Of a DNA stretch of 49,418 bases, positions 1 through 10,050 are shown one piece after another. Source of the DNA: Lysobacterales bacterium (GTDB lineage Bacteria > Pseudomonadota > Gammaproteobacteria > Steroidobacterales > Steroidobacteraceae); the NCBI GenBank assembly GCA_003819815.1, contig RPQJ01000018.1:1-49418 (forward strand), written 5' to 3'. Every line of letters starts with the position of its first letter. The stretch's first letter is position 1. Under the pieces are notes generated by a model. The model saw only the letters and a program-made list of their open reading frames with translations. It searched no databases and was not told the origin of the DNA. A program made the position numbers and the translations under genes.

Positions 1-1
1 C

Positions 2-999
2 CATCACTTCCACGCGGCGGGTTCCGCCGGTGCGGCGTGCGCCGCGTGCCACATGAAGCCCGAGACCTACATGGTCATCGACGGCCGGCACGACCACAGC
101 TTCCGCATCCCGCGGCCGGACCTGAGCGTGACGCTCGGCGTGCCGAATGCCTGCAATGCCTGCCACGCCGACCGCAAGGCCGCGTGGGCAGCGGCAGAGA
201 TCCGCAAGCGCTATCCGGAACCCAAGCCCGGTTTCCAGGGCTACGCCGAAGCGTTCGCGGCGGCGGACCGGGGCGATCCGTCCGCAGCCATCGCGCTCGC
301 CCAGGTCGCCGCGAACCTCGACGAGGCCGCGATCGCGAGGGCCTCGGCCATCGAACGGCTCGCGCGCGCGCCCAGCGAAACGACGATCCTCGCGGCCGAG
401 GCCGGGCTCGACGACCCGAGCCCGCTGGTGCGCCAGGCATCCGCCGCCGCCTACGACGTCCTGCCCCCTCAACAGCGAAAGGCAGTGATCCCGCTGCTCA
501 TCGACCCGGTGCGCGTCGTGCGCATGCAGGCGGCGCGGACGCTCGCGCCGCTCGCCGACGACGCCGTCGGCGAGGAGCACGTGCCGGCGTTGCGTGCCGC
601 CGGCGAGGAGTACGTGGCTGCGGAACGGTTCAATGCCGACCGGCCCGAGAACCGCGTGAACCTCGGCGGGTACTACGCGGACAAGGGAGAGACGGTCGCG
701 GCGGAAGCGGAGTACGAAGCGGCCCTGAAGCTGGACCCCCGCTTCGGCCCGGCGTGGGCCAACCTCGCCGACCTGCGACGTCTGCAGGGGCGCGAGGCCG
801 ACGCAGAGGCGACGCTGCGGAAGGGAATCGCGCAGGTTCCCGGTGTCGCCGCGCTTCACCACTCGCTCGGCCTCGCCCTGGTGCGCCAGCAGCGCTACGC
901 CGAGGCCCTCGCGGAACTCGAGCGCGCCGTGAAGCTCGAACCCGGCAACGCCCGGTACGCCTACGTCTACGAGGTCGCCCGGCGCGACCTCGCGCAACG

Positions 1000-1003
<4 letters not shown>
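2..1003 (+). CDS. multihaem c-type cytochrome / TPR-repeat protein, C-terminal part (5' end lies outside the window)
   Basis: The frame is open from nt 2. There are two CXXCH haem-binding motifs: CAACH encoded at nt 38-52 and CNACH shortly after. These are followed by Ala/Leu-rich TPR-like repeats ([54 protein letters not shown]). Third-position GC bias is strong. Confidence 0.7.
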
Positions 1004-2839
<1,836 letters not shown>

Positions 2840-2853
<14 letters not shown>

Positions 2854-2907
2854 GTTTCGTAAGTTCGCGCGGAGCTGCGCGAACTTGCGAAACTTAAACC
2901 CGGCACC
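2840..2907. terminator. 68-bp near-perfect palindrome (31-nt arms, 6-nt loop) between convergent genes; probable bidirectional terminator or REP-like element
   Basis: Left arm ggtgccgggtttaagtttcgtaagttcgcgc (2840-2870), loop ggagct, right arm gcgcgaacttgcgaaacttaaacccggcacc (2877-2907). Pairing is 30 Watson-Crick pairs plus one T/G position. The arms are AT-richer than the surroundings and contain both stop codons. Confidence 0.6.
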
Positions 2908-3574
2908 GTGCTATTTCCCGCGACTCCACCACCGTCACGCCACCCTCCGACTCGTGGGCCAGCGCGATCATCGCCGCCGCGATGTCGGTCGCGGCGACGG
3001 GCCGCCACTTCGCGGGCGCCCACCGCAACACGTGTTCGCCGAGTCGTTCGAGCGGCCGCGACTCTGCGCGGGCACCTGCGATCACCGACGGCCGCAGGAT
3101 CGCGAGGCTCGGCCAGCCCATGCGCCGCAAGTCCTCCTCGGTCTCGCCCTTGACGCGCGAGTAGGGGAACGGCGATGCGCGGCTGGCGCCGAGCGCGCTC
3201 ACGACGGAGAGGTGCGTCGCGCCGCCGGCACGCGCGGCTTCCGCGAACCGCAGCACGTAGTCGTGGTCGACCGCACGGAATCGCGCCTGGCTGCCCGCCT
3301 TGCGAATCGTGGTGCCGAGCGCGCAGTAAGCATGATCGCCGTCGCGCAGGCGATCGCGCACGGCGTCAAGGCGGTCGAACTCGGACACGACCTGCTCGAC
3401 CTTGGCGTGCCGGGCCGCGGGACCTGCGTCGCGCCGGGTCACGACGACGACGCGTGCATAGCGATGGTCCGCGACGAGCTGCTTCAGGCACTCGCCGCCC
3501 ACGAGGCCAGTCGCGCCCGCGAGGACCGCGACGAGCCCGTCCCGGGACCTGGCGTGATGCGGGCGCGTAGACAT
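2894..3574 (-). CDS. NAD(P)H-binding atypical SDR-like oxidoreductase (HTATIP2/YraR-like)
   Basis: N-terminal Rossmann motif VLAGATGLVGG; about 226 aa; overall pattern of NAD(P)-binding-domain proteins. It lies 13 nt downstream of the DUF885 gene on the same strand. Confidence 0.72.
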   Translation of the reverse strand: MSTRPHHARSRDGLVAVLAGATGLVGGECLKQLVADHRYARVVVVTRRDAGPAARHAKVEQVVSEFDRLDAVRDRLRDGDHAYCALGTTIRKAGSQARFRAVDHDYVLRFAEAARAGGATHLSVVSALGASRASPFPYSRVKGETEEDLRRMGWPSLAILRPSVIAGARAESRPLERLGEHVLRWAPAKWRPVAATDIAAAMIALAHESEGGVTVVESREIARCRV

Positions 3575-3587
3575 CGCGGTCAGCCCG

Positions 3588-5441
3588 TCATCCGCGTTGC
3601 GAGGCGATCCAGCGGTCGATCTTGGCCTCGAGCACGTCGAGCGGCAGCGGCCCGTCGTTCAGCACGGCGCTGTGGAACTTGCGCACATCGAAGCGCTCGC
3701 CGAGCTCGCGCTCCGCGCGCTGTCGCAGCTCCTCGATCTTGAGCTGGCCGACCTTGTACGCGAGCGCCTGGCCCGGGATCGCGATATAGCGCTCCGTCTC
3801 GGCGACGCGGCGCGCCTCGCTGGTCGCGCTGTGCTTCTCGATGTACTCGAGCACCTGCTCGCGGGTCCAGCCCTTCGAGTGCAGGCCGGTGTCGACGACG
3901 AGCCGGATCGCCCGGAACAGCTCGCCCTCGAGCTGCCCGAAGTACTGGTACGGGTCGGTGTAGAGCCCCAGGTCCTGCCCGAGCGACTCGGCGTACAGTC
4001 CCCAGCCCTCGCTGTAGGCGGTATAGCCGCCGAAGCGACGGAAGCGCGGCAGGTCCTTCTGTTCACGAGCGACGGTGATCTGGAAGTGGTGGCCGGGGTT
4101 GCCCTCGTGCAGCGACAGCGCCTCCATCGCCCACTTGGGCCGCGCCTTCAGGTTGTACGCGTTGGCGTAGAAGACGCCGGGACGCGAACCGTCTTCGCTC
4201 GCGGCCTGGTAACTGCCGCCAGCGGCGCTCTTCTCGCGGAACGGCTCGACGAGCCGGACCTCGTAGTCCGCCTTCGGCAGCACCTCGAACAGCTTGGGCA
4301 GGTTCGGGTCGACCCGGTTCTTGATGTCGACGTAGCCCTGCACCAGCGCCTCGCGCGAGGGGTGCACGAACCTCGGGTCGGTGTTCAGGAACACGAAGAA
4401 CTCGTCGAGGCTGCCCTCGAAGCCGACGCGCTCCTTGACCGCCACCATTTCCCGGCGGATCCGCTCCACCTCGCGCAGTCCGATCGCATGGATCTCGGCC
4501 GGTGCGAGGTTCGTCGTCGTGTAGTCGAGCACGAGGTAGCGATACCAGGCGTCGCCGCCCGGAAGCGCGCCGAGCCCGACGGTCGTGCGGGCCTTCGGCA
4601 GGTACTCGTCGCGCATGAAATCGTGCAGCCGCCGGTAGGACGGCACGAGCCGCGTCTCGATCGTCTGGCGGTACGCGGTGGTCAGGCGCTCGCGATCCGC
4701 CGTGGACACGGTCTCCGGGAAGTTCGCGATCGGGCCCCAGAACAGCGAGTCCTCGGCCTTCGGCACTACCTGGCTCTCGAGCTGCGGCAGCACGCGCTCG
4801 ACGAGCACGCGCGGCAGCGTGTAGCCCTTCGCGATGCCTTCCCGCATGTTGGCGATCGCCTGGTCGTTCCAGGCGAGGTAGCCGTCGACGCGCTTCAGGA
4901 AGTCGTCGTAGTCCTCGGCGTTGCGGAACGGATGCAGCCCCTGCCCGGAGCCCAGCTGCACGAAGCTGTTCGGCGTCGAGTAGAACTGGTTGATGGGTAC
5001 CAGGTGAGAGGGGTGCCGGAAGCCCTCGATCTCGCGTTCACGGGCGGTCTTGAAGACCTCGAGCGTGAGGAGATCCTGGCCGGAGAGCTTCTTTGCGTCG
5101 ATGGCGCGCGCCCGCTCGAGGGACTCGCGCTCGAGCCGCTCCGCGCGGGTCCGCCAGTCGGGTGAGATCGACACCTCGAAGCGGTCGTTGTAGCGCTCGT
5201 CGCCGATCGACGTCGCAGCAATCGGATTGAGTTCGAGCCACCGCTCGAAGTAGTCCTCCACGAGGGCCGCGAGCCGCGACGGCTCGGTCGCCGCCGCCGC
5301 GGCGGCATCCGTCCTCGACTCGACCGGTGCGGAGGCTGGCGCGGCACTCGCGGCAGCGGAAACGAAGGCCAGCAGGGCGAGGGTCGGCCAGGCGAGACGC
5401 TGGGGCATGGAGGTCGTCCGGGGTGGCGGAAAAGCGGGCAC
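3588..5441 (-). CDS. exported DUF885 family protein (putative metallopeptidase-like)
   Basis: Signal peptide MPQRLAWPTLALLAFVSAAASA, which suggests the real start is the ATG at 5408. The HEGNPGHHFQ motif and length (about 600 aa) are typical of DUF885. Confidence 0.85.
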   Translation of the reverse strand: MPAFPPPRTTSMPQRLAWPTLALLAFVSAAASAAPASAPVESRTDAAAAAATEPSRLAALVEDYFERWLELNPIAATSIGDERYNDRFEVSISPDWRTRAERLERESLERARAIDAKKLSGQDLLTLEVFKTAREREIEGFRHPSHLVPINQFYSTPNSFVQLGSGQGLHPFRNAEDYDDFLKRVDGYLAWNDQAIANMREGIAKGYTLPRVLVERVLPQLESQVVPKAEDSLFWGPIANFPETVSTADRERLTTAYRQTIETRLVPSYRRLHDFMRDEYLPKARTTVGLGALPGGDAWYRYLVLDYTTTNLAPAEIHAIGLREVERIRREMVAVKERVGFEGSLDEFFVFLNTDPRFVHPSREALVQGYVDIKNRVDPNLPKLFEVLPKADYEVRLVEPFREKSAAGGSYQAASEDGSRPGVFYANAYNLKARPKWAMEALSLHEGNPGHHFQITVAREQKDLPRFRRFGGYTAYSEGWGLYAESLGQDLGLYTDPYQYFGQLEGELFRAIRLVVDTGLHSKGWTREQVLEYIEKHSATSEARRVAETERYIAIPGQALAYKVGQLKIEELRQRAERELGERFDVRKFHSAVLNDGPLPLDVLEAKIDRWIASQRG

Positions 5442-5500
5442 TGTGCCGCAACCCGTCGGCTGCGGGAAGGCCCCGCTGCGTCGCGCGGTCTATACCGATC

Positions 5501-5522
5501 GCATCCGTGTCGGCACGGATGC
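5501..5522. promoter_or_regulatory. perfect 9-bp inverted repeat (gcatccgtg-tcgg-cacggatgc) in a divergent promoter region
   Basis: Located 57 nt upstream of the OFOR gamma-subunit ATG, within the 137-170 nt DUF885/OFOR intergenic region. Candidate operator or 5' UTR hairpin. I can assign no cognate regulator. Confidence 0.3.
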
Positions 5523-5578
5523 CATTTCGGCGGTCGGAGGGGCATCTTCCGCACAAGCCGAAAAGAGGCAGGAGGACC

Positions 5579-6169
5579 ATGTTCCAGGTACGCATCCATG
5601 GCCGGGGCGGCCAAGGCGTCGTCACGGCGGCCGAGGTCCTGTCGGTAGCCGCGTTCCGCGAGGGCCGCCACGCGCAGGCGTTTCCGAGCTTCGGTTCCGA
5701 ACGCACCGGTGCGCCGGTCGTCGCGTTCTGCCGCATCGACACCCGGCCGATCCGGCTGCGCGAGCCGATCCTCGCGCCCGACGCGCTGATCATCCAGGAC
5801 CCGACGCTGCTGCACCAGGTCGACGTGTTCGGCGGCCTCGTGCCCGCGGGCTACATCCTGATCAACACGACGCGCAGCTTCGAGGAGCTCGGGCTCGAGG
5901 AGTTCATGGCGAAATTCCCGCCGGATCGACTCTGCACCGTGCCGGCGACCGAGCTCGCGCTCAAGCACGTCCGCCGGCCACTGCCGAACGCGGCGCTGCT
6001 CGGCGGTTTCGCCGCCATCTCGGGGCAGATCTCGCTCGAAGCGGTCAGCGCGGCGATCCGCGAGAAGTTCCCGGACAAGGTCGCGGAGGCGAACGTGGCA
6101 GCCGCCGACGAGGCATATGCCTACGTGCGCAGGGAAATGGAGGAGACGCAACGTGCTCAAGCAGGTTGA
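5579..6169 (+). CDS. 2-oxoacid:ferredoxin oxidoreductase, gamma subunit
   Basis: MFQVRIHGRGGQGVVTAAEVLS is the typical OFOR gamma N-terminus. AGGAGG lies 4-9 nt upstream of the ATG at 5579. The longer ORF-track start at 5327 was rejected. Confidence 0.87.
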   Translation: MFQVRIHGRGGQGVVTAAEVLSVAAFREGRHAQAFPSFGSERTGAPVVAFCRIDTRPIRLREPILAPDALIIQDPTLLHQVDVFGGLVPAGYILINTTRSFEELGLEEFMAKFPPDRLCTVPATELALKHVRRPLPNAALLGGFAAISGQISLEAVSAAIREKFPDKVAEANVAAADEAYAYVRREMEETQRAQAG

Positions 6170-7406
6170 AGGTTCGGCGGCGGTCGCCGAGGCCGTGGCG
6201 CTCTGCCGGCCCGAGGTGATCTGTGCCTACCCGATCTCGCCGCAGACCCACATCGTCGAGGGCCTGGGCAAGCTCGTCTCGGCCGGCCGGCTCGCGCCGT
6301 GCGAGTTCATCAACGTGGAGTCCGAGTTCGCGGCGATGTCGGTCGCGATCGGCGCCTCGGCCGCCGGTGCGCGTGCGTACACGGCGACCGCGAGCCAGGG
6401 CCTGCTGTTCATGGCCGAGGCGGTTTTCAACGCCGCGGGCCTCGGGCTCCCGATCGTCATGACGGTCGCCAACCGCGCGCTCGGCGCGCCGATCAACATC
6501 TGGAACGACCACACCGACGCGCTGTCGCAGCGCGACTGCGGCTGGATCCAGCTCTTCGCCGAGGACAACCAGGAGGCGCTCGACCTGCACATCCAGGCCT
6601 TCAGGCTCGCCGAGGAACTTTCGCTGCCGGTGATGGTGTGCATGGACGGCTTCATCCTGACCCACGCCTACGAACGCGTGGACCTGCCGACGCAGGAACA
6701 GGTGGACGCCTATCTCCCGCCGTACGAGCCGCGCCAGGTGCTCGATCCAGCGGACCCCGTGTCGATCGGCGCGATGGTGGGCCCCGAGGCGTTCATGGAA
6801 GTGCGCTATCTCGCGCACGCGAAGCAGCGGCAGGCGCTCGAGCTGATCCCGGCCTGGGCCGACGAGTTCAAGCGCGTGTTCGGCCGCGAGAGTGGCGGCC
6901 TCGCGCACACGTACCGCCTCGAGGACGCCGAGACCGTGGTCGTCGCGCTCGGCTCGGTGCTAGGCACGATCAAGGACACCGTCGACGAGCTGCGGGACCA
7001 GGGCGTCCGCATCGGCGTGCTGGGCATCACGTGCTTCCGCCCGTGGCCGACCGCGGCGGTCCGAGCCGCACTCGCGAACGCGAAGCGCGTCGTCGTGCTC
7101 GAGAAGAGCCTCGCGGTGGGTCTCGGCGGCATCGTCTCGAACAACGTCTCGGCCTCGTATCCGGGCTCGCCGGACGACGTCCACACCGTCGTCGCGGGAC
7201 TCGGCGGCCGGGCGATCACGCGCGCGTCGCTGCGGCGGGTGTTTACCGAGGCGATCGAGGGCCGCCTCGAGCACGTGACCTTCCTCGACCTCGACCACAA
7301 GCTCGTCGAGCGCGTGCTCGCCCGCGAGCGCGAGCAGCGCCGCTCGGGCCCGATCGCCGAGGGCATCCTGAAGGACCTCGGCGTCGTCGCCGCGAAGATC
7401 GGCTGA
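6153..7406 (+). CDS. 2-oxoacid:ferredoxin oxidoreductase, alpha subunit
   Basis: VEGSAAVAEAVALCRPEVICAYPISPQTHIVEGL is the typical PorA/KorA N-terminus. The GTG at 6153 is preceded by GGAGGAG. The gene overlaps the gamma 3' end by 17 nt. Confidence 0.9.
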   Translation: MLKQVEGSAAVAEAVALCRPEVICAYPISPQTHIVEGLGKLVSAGRLAPCEFINVESEFAAMSVAIGASAAGARAYTATASQGLLFMAEAVFNAAGLGLPIVMTVANRALGAPINIWNDHTDALSQRDCGWIQLFAEDNQEALDLHIQAFRLAEELSLPVMVCMDGFILTHAYERVDLPTQEQVDAYLPPYEPRQVLDPADPVSIGAMVGPEAFMEVRYLAHAKQRQALELIPAWADEFKRVFGRESGGLAHTYRLEDAETVVVALGSVLGTIKDTVDELRDQGVRIGVLGITCFRPWPTAAVRAALANAKRVVVLEKSLAVGLGGIVSNNVSASYPGSPDDVHTVVAGLGGRAITRASLRRVFTEAIEGRLEHVTFLDLDHKLVERVLAREREQRRSGPIAEGILKDLGVVAAKIG

Positions 7407-7416
7407 GAGGGCGGCC

Positions 7417-8421
7417 ATGACCCACCAACCCATCCGCTTCTACCAGACCGGCACTTTCACGGTCGGCAACAGGCTGCTCGCGCAGGAGCAGCGTTCGGTG
7501 CAGGCTCAGGCGGGCCGCACGAACTCCCTCAATTCCGGCCACAGAGCCTGCCAGGGCTGCGGCGAGGCGCTCGGCGCGCGCTATGCGATCGACGCCGCGA
7601 TGGACGCCACGAACCGCCAGCTCGTCGCGGCGAACGCGACCGGCTGCCTCGAGGTGTTCTCGACGCCCTACCCCGAGACCTCGTGGCAGATCCCGTGGAT
7701 CCACTCGCTGTTCGGGAACGCCGCGGCGGTCGCCACCGGCATCGCGGCCGCGATGCGCGTGAAGGGCCGCGAAAACGTGCGCGTCGTGGCCCAGGGCGGC
7801 GACGGCGGCACGACGGACATCGGTTTCGGTTGCCTCTCGGGGATGTTCGAGCGCAACGACGACGTGCTCTACATCTGCTACGACAACGAGGCGTACATGA
7901 ACACGGGCGTGCAGCGGTCGTCGGCCACGCCGCCCGCCGCGCGCACGAACACGACGATGCCCGTAGGCTCGAGCACGGGCGCCCGCTTCGGCCAGGGCAA
8001 GAATCTGCCCAGGATCGCCATGGCGCACGAGATCCCGTACGTCGCGACCGCGACCGTCGCGGAGCTGCGCGACCTCGAGGCCAAGGTGCGCCGCGCGATG
8101 GAATTCCGCGGTGCCCGTTACATCCACATCCTCGTGCCCTGCCCGCTCGGCTGGGGCCACGGCTCCGCCGAGACGATACGCATGGCGCGGCTCGCGAAGG
8201 AGACCGGGATCTTCCCCGTGTTCGAAGCGGAGCACGGCGAGGTCACGAACGTCTCGAAGATCCGCAGGCCGCTGCCGGTCGAGGAATACCTGAGGCCGCA
8301 GACGCGCTTCGCCCACCTCTTCAAGCCCCCGGGCCACCCGGAAATCATCGCGCGGCTGCAGCAGCTCGCGGACCGCAACATCCGCCGCTACGGCCTGCTC
8401 GACACGGAGGCCGCATCATGA
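7417..8421 (+). CDS. 2-oxoacid:ferredoxin oxidoreductase, beta subunit (TPP-binding)
   Basis: CQGCGEALGARY cluster cysteines and the TPP-binding region GGDGGTTDIGFGCLSGMFERNDDVLYICYDNEAYMNTGVQRS. Confidence 0.9.
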   Translation: MTHQPIRFYQTGTFTVGNRLLAQEQRSVQAQAGRTNSLNSGHRACQGCGEALGARYAIDAAMDATNRQLVAANATGCLEVFSTPYPETSWQIPWIHSLFGNAAAVATGIAAAMRVKGRENVRVVAQGGDGGTTDIGFGCLSGMFERNDDVLYICYDNEAYMNTGVQRSSATPPAARTNTTMPVGSSTGARFGQGKNLPRIAMAHEIPYVATATVAELRDLEAKVRRAMEFRGARYIHILVPCPLGWGHGSAETIRMARLAKETGIFPVFEAEHGEVTNVSKIRRPLPVEEYLRPQTRFAHLFKPPGHPEIIARLQQLADRNIRRYGLLDTEAAS

Positions 8422-10046
8422 AGCCCAAGCCGTTCGCCATCACGCTGGACCCGGGCTCGAGCCTCGCAAACCACACGGGCTCGTGGCGCACCGTGCGCCC
8501 CGAGTACGTGGATCGCCTGCCGCCCTGCAACCACGCCTGCCCCGCGGGCGAGAACGTGCAGGGGTGGCTCTTCCACGCCGAGGCGGGCGACTACGAGCAG
8601 GCCTGGCGCGTGCTCACGCGGGACAACCCGCTGCCCGCCGTCATGGGGCGCGTCTGCTACCACCCCTGCGAGTCGTCCTGCAACCGCGGACAGCTCGACC
8701 AGTCCGTCGGCATCAACGCGATCGAGCGCTACCTCGGCGATGAGGCGCTGCGGCGCGGCTGGAAGTTCCAGCCGCCCGAGCGGCAGTCCGGCAAGCGCGT
8801 GCTCGTGATCGGCGCGGGACCGTCGGGGCTCTCGGCCGCTTATCACCTTGCGATGCGGGGCCACGCGGTCACGATCCGCGAGGCCGGCCCGGTCGCGGGC
8901 GGCATGATGCGCTTCGGCATCCCGAAGTACCGTCTGCCGCGCGAGGTGCTCGACGCGGAGGTGCAGCGGATCGTCGATCTCGGCGTCACGCTGGAGCTGA
9001 ACTCGAAGGTCGACGACGTACTCGCCGCGCGGCGCGAGGGCGGCTTCGACGCCGTCTTCCTCGCGGTCGGCGCGCACATCGCGAAGCGCGCGTACATCCC
9101 GGCAGGCAGTGCGGCGAAGATGCTCGACGCGGTCTCGGTGCTGCGCGGCATGGAGACGGGCGAGCAGCCGCTGCTCGGGCGGCGCGTCGTCGTGTACGGC
9201 GGCGGGAACACCGCGCTCGACGTGGCGCGCACCGCGAAGCGGCTCGGCGCCGAGGAGTCGATCATCGTCTACCGCCGCACGCGGGAGAAGATGCCGGCGC
9301 ACGAGTCGGAGCTCGAGGAGGCGCTTCAGGAAGGCGTGCTCGTCAAGTGGCTCTCGACGATCAAGCAGGCCGGCGAGTCCTCGATCACTGTCGAGAAGAT
9401 GGCGCTCGACGCGAAGGGCAACCCGCAGCCGACCGGCCAGTTCGAGACGCTCGAGGCCGACTCGGTAGTGCTCGCGCTCGGCCAGGACGTCGACCTCTCG
9501 CTGCTCGACGGCGTGCCGGGACTCGAGGTCGCGGACGGCGTCGTCAAGGTCGACGATTCGATGATGACGGGGCACCCGGGCATATTCGCGGGCGGCGACA
9601 TGGTGAAGGGCGAGCGGACCGTCACGGTCGGCATCGGCCACGGCAAGCTCGCGGCCCGCAACGTCGACGCGTGGCTGCGCGGCGAGCAGTGGGTACACCC
9701 GCCGCAGCACGAGCTCGCGACGTTCGACAAGCTCAACACCTGGTACTACACGGACGCGCCGAAGTCGAAGCAGCCGATCCTCGACACGATCCGCCGCCAG
9801 TCGACGTTCGACGAGGTCGTGGGCGGATACGACGAGACGACTGCACAGTTCGAGGCGCGCCGCTGTCTCTCGTGCGGCAACTGCTTCGAGTGCGACAACT
9901 GCTACGGCGTCTGCCCCGACAACGCCGTGATCAAGCTCGGCCCGGGCAAGCGCTACGAGTTCAACCTCGACTACTGCAAGGGCTGCGGCATCTGCGTGAG
10001 CGAGTGCCCGTGCGGCGCGATCCGCACGGTCGCCGAGGAGATCTAG
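8418..10046 (+). CDS. GltD-like NAD(P)H flavoprotein fused to a C-terminal 2x[4Fe-4S] ferredoxin domain (OFOR-associated)
   Basis: The ATG overlaps the beta-subunit stop (ATGA at 8418-8421), with GGAGG upstream. N-terminal HTGSWRTVRP is an OFOR delta-like motif. GltD-type Cys motifs: CNHACP, CYHPCESSC. Two Rossmann motifs: VLVIGAGPSGLSAAY and VVVYGGGNTALDVA. C-terminal cluster motifs: CLSCGNCFECDNCYGVCP and CKGCGICVSECPCGA. Confidence 0.85.
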   Translation: MKPKPFAITLDPGSSLANHTGSWRTVRPEYVDRLPPCNHACPAGENVQGWLFHAEAGDYEQAWRVLTRDNPLPAVMGRVCYHPCESSCNRGQLDQSVGINAIERYLGDEALRRGWKFQPPERQSGKRVLVIGAGPSGLSAAYHLAMRGHAVTIREAGPVAGGMMRFGIPKYRLPREVLDAEVQRIVDLGVTLELNSKVDDVLAARREGGFDAVFLAVGAHIAKRAYIPAGSAAKMLDAVSVLRGMETGEQPLLGRRVVVYGGGNTALDVARTAKRLGAEESIIVYRRTREKMPAHESELEEALQEGVLVKWLSTIKQAGESSITVEKMALDAKGNPQPTGQFETLEADSVVLALGQDVDLSLLDGVPGLEVADGVVKVDDSMMTGHPGIFAGGDMVKGERTVTVGIGHGKLAARNVDAWLRGEQWVHPPQHELATFDKLNTWYYTDAPKSKQPILDTIRRQSTFDEVVGGYDETTAQFEARRCLSCGNCFECDNCYGVCPDNAVIKLGPGKRYEFNLDYCKGCGICVSECPCGAIRTVAEEI

Positions 10047-10050
10047 CGGT

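Noticed and set aside
37-999. N-terminal 320-codon extension of the recQ frame (ORF track 37..2853, 938 aa)
   Set aside because: It overlaps the better-supported cytochrome/TPR frame, translates to Arg/Pro/Gly-rich low-complexity sequence, and RecQ homology begins only after nt 1000.
3597-5165. 522-aa plus-strand ORF opposite the DUF885 gene
   Set aside because: The same artefact class. It has no recognisable motifs, whereas the opposite strand has a signal peptide and the family motif.
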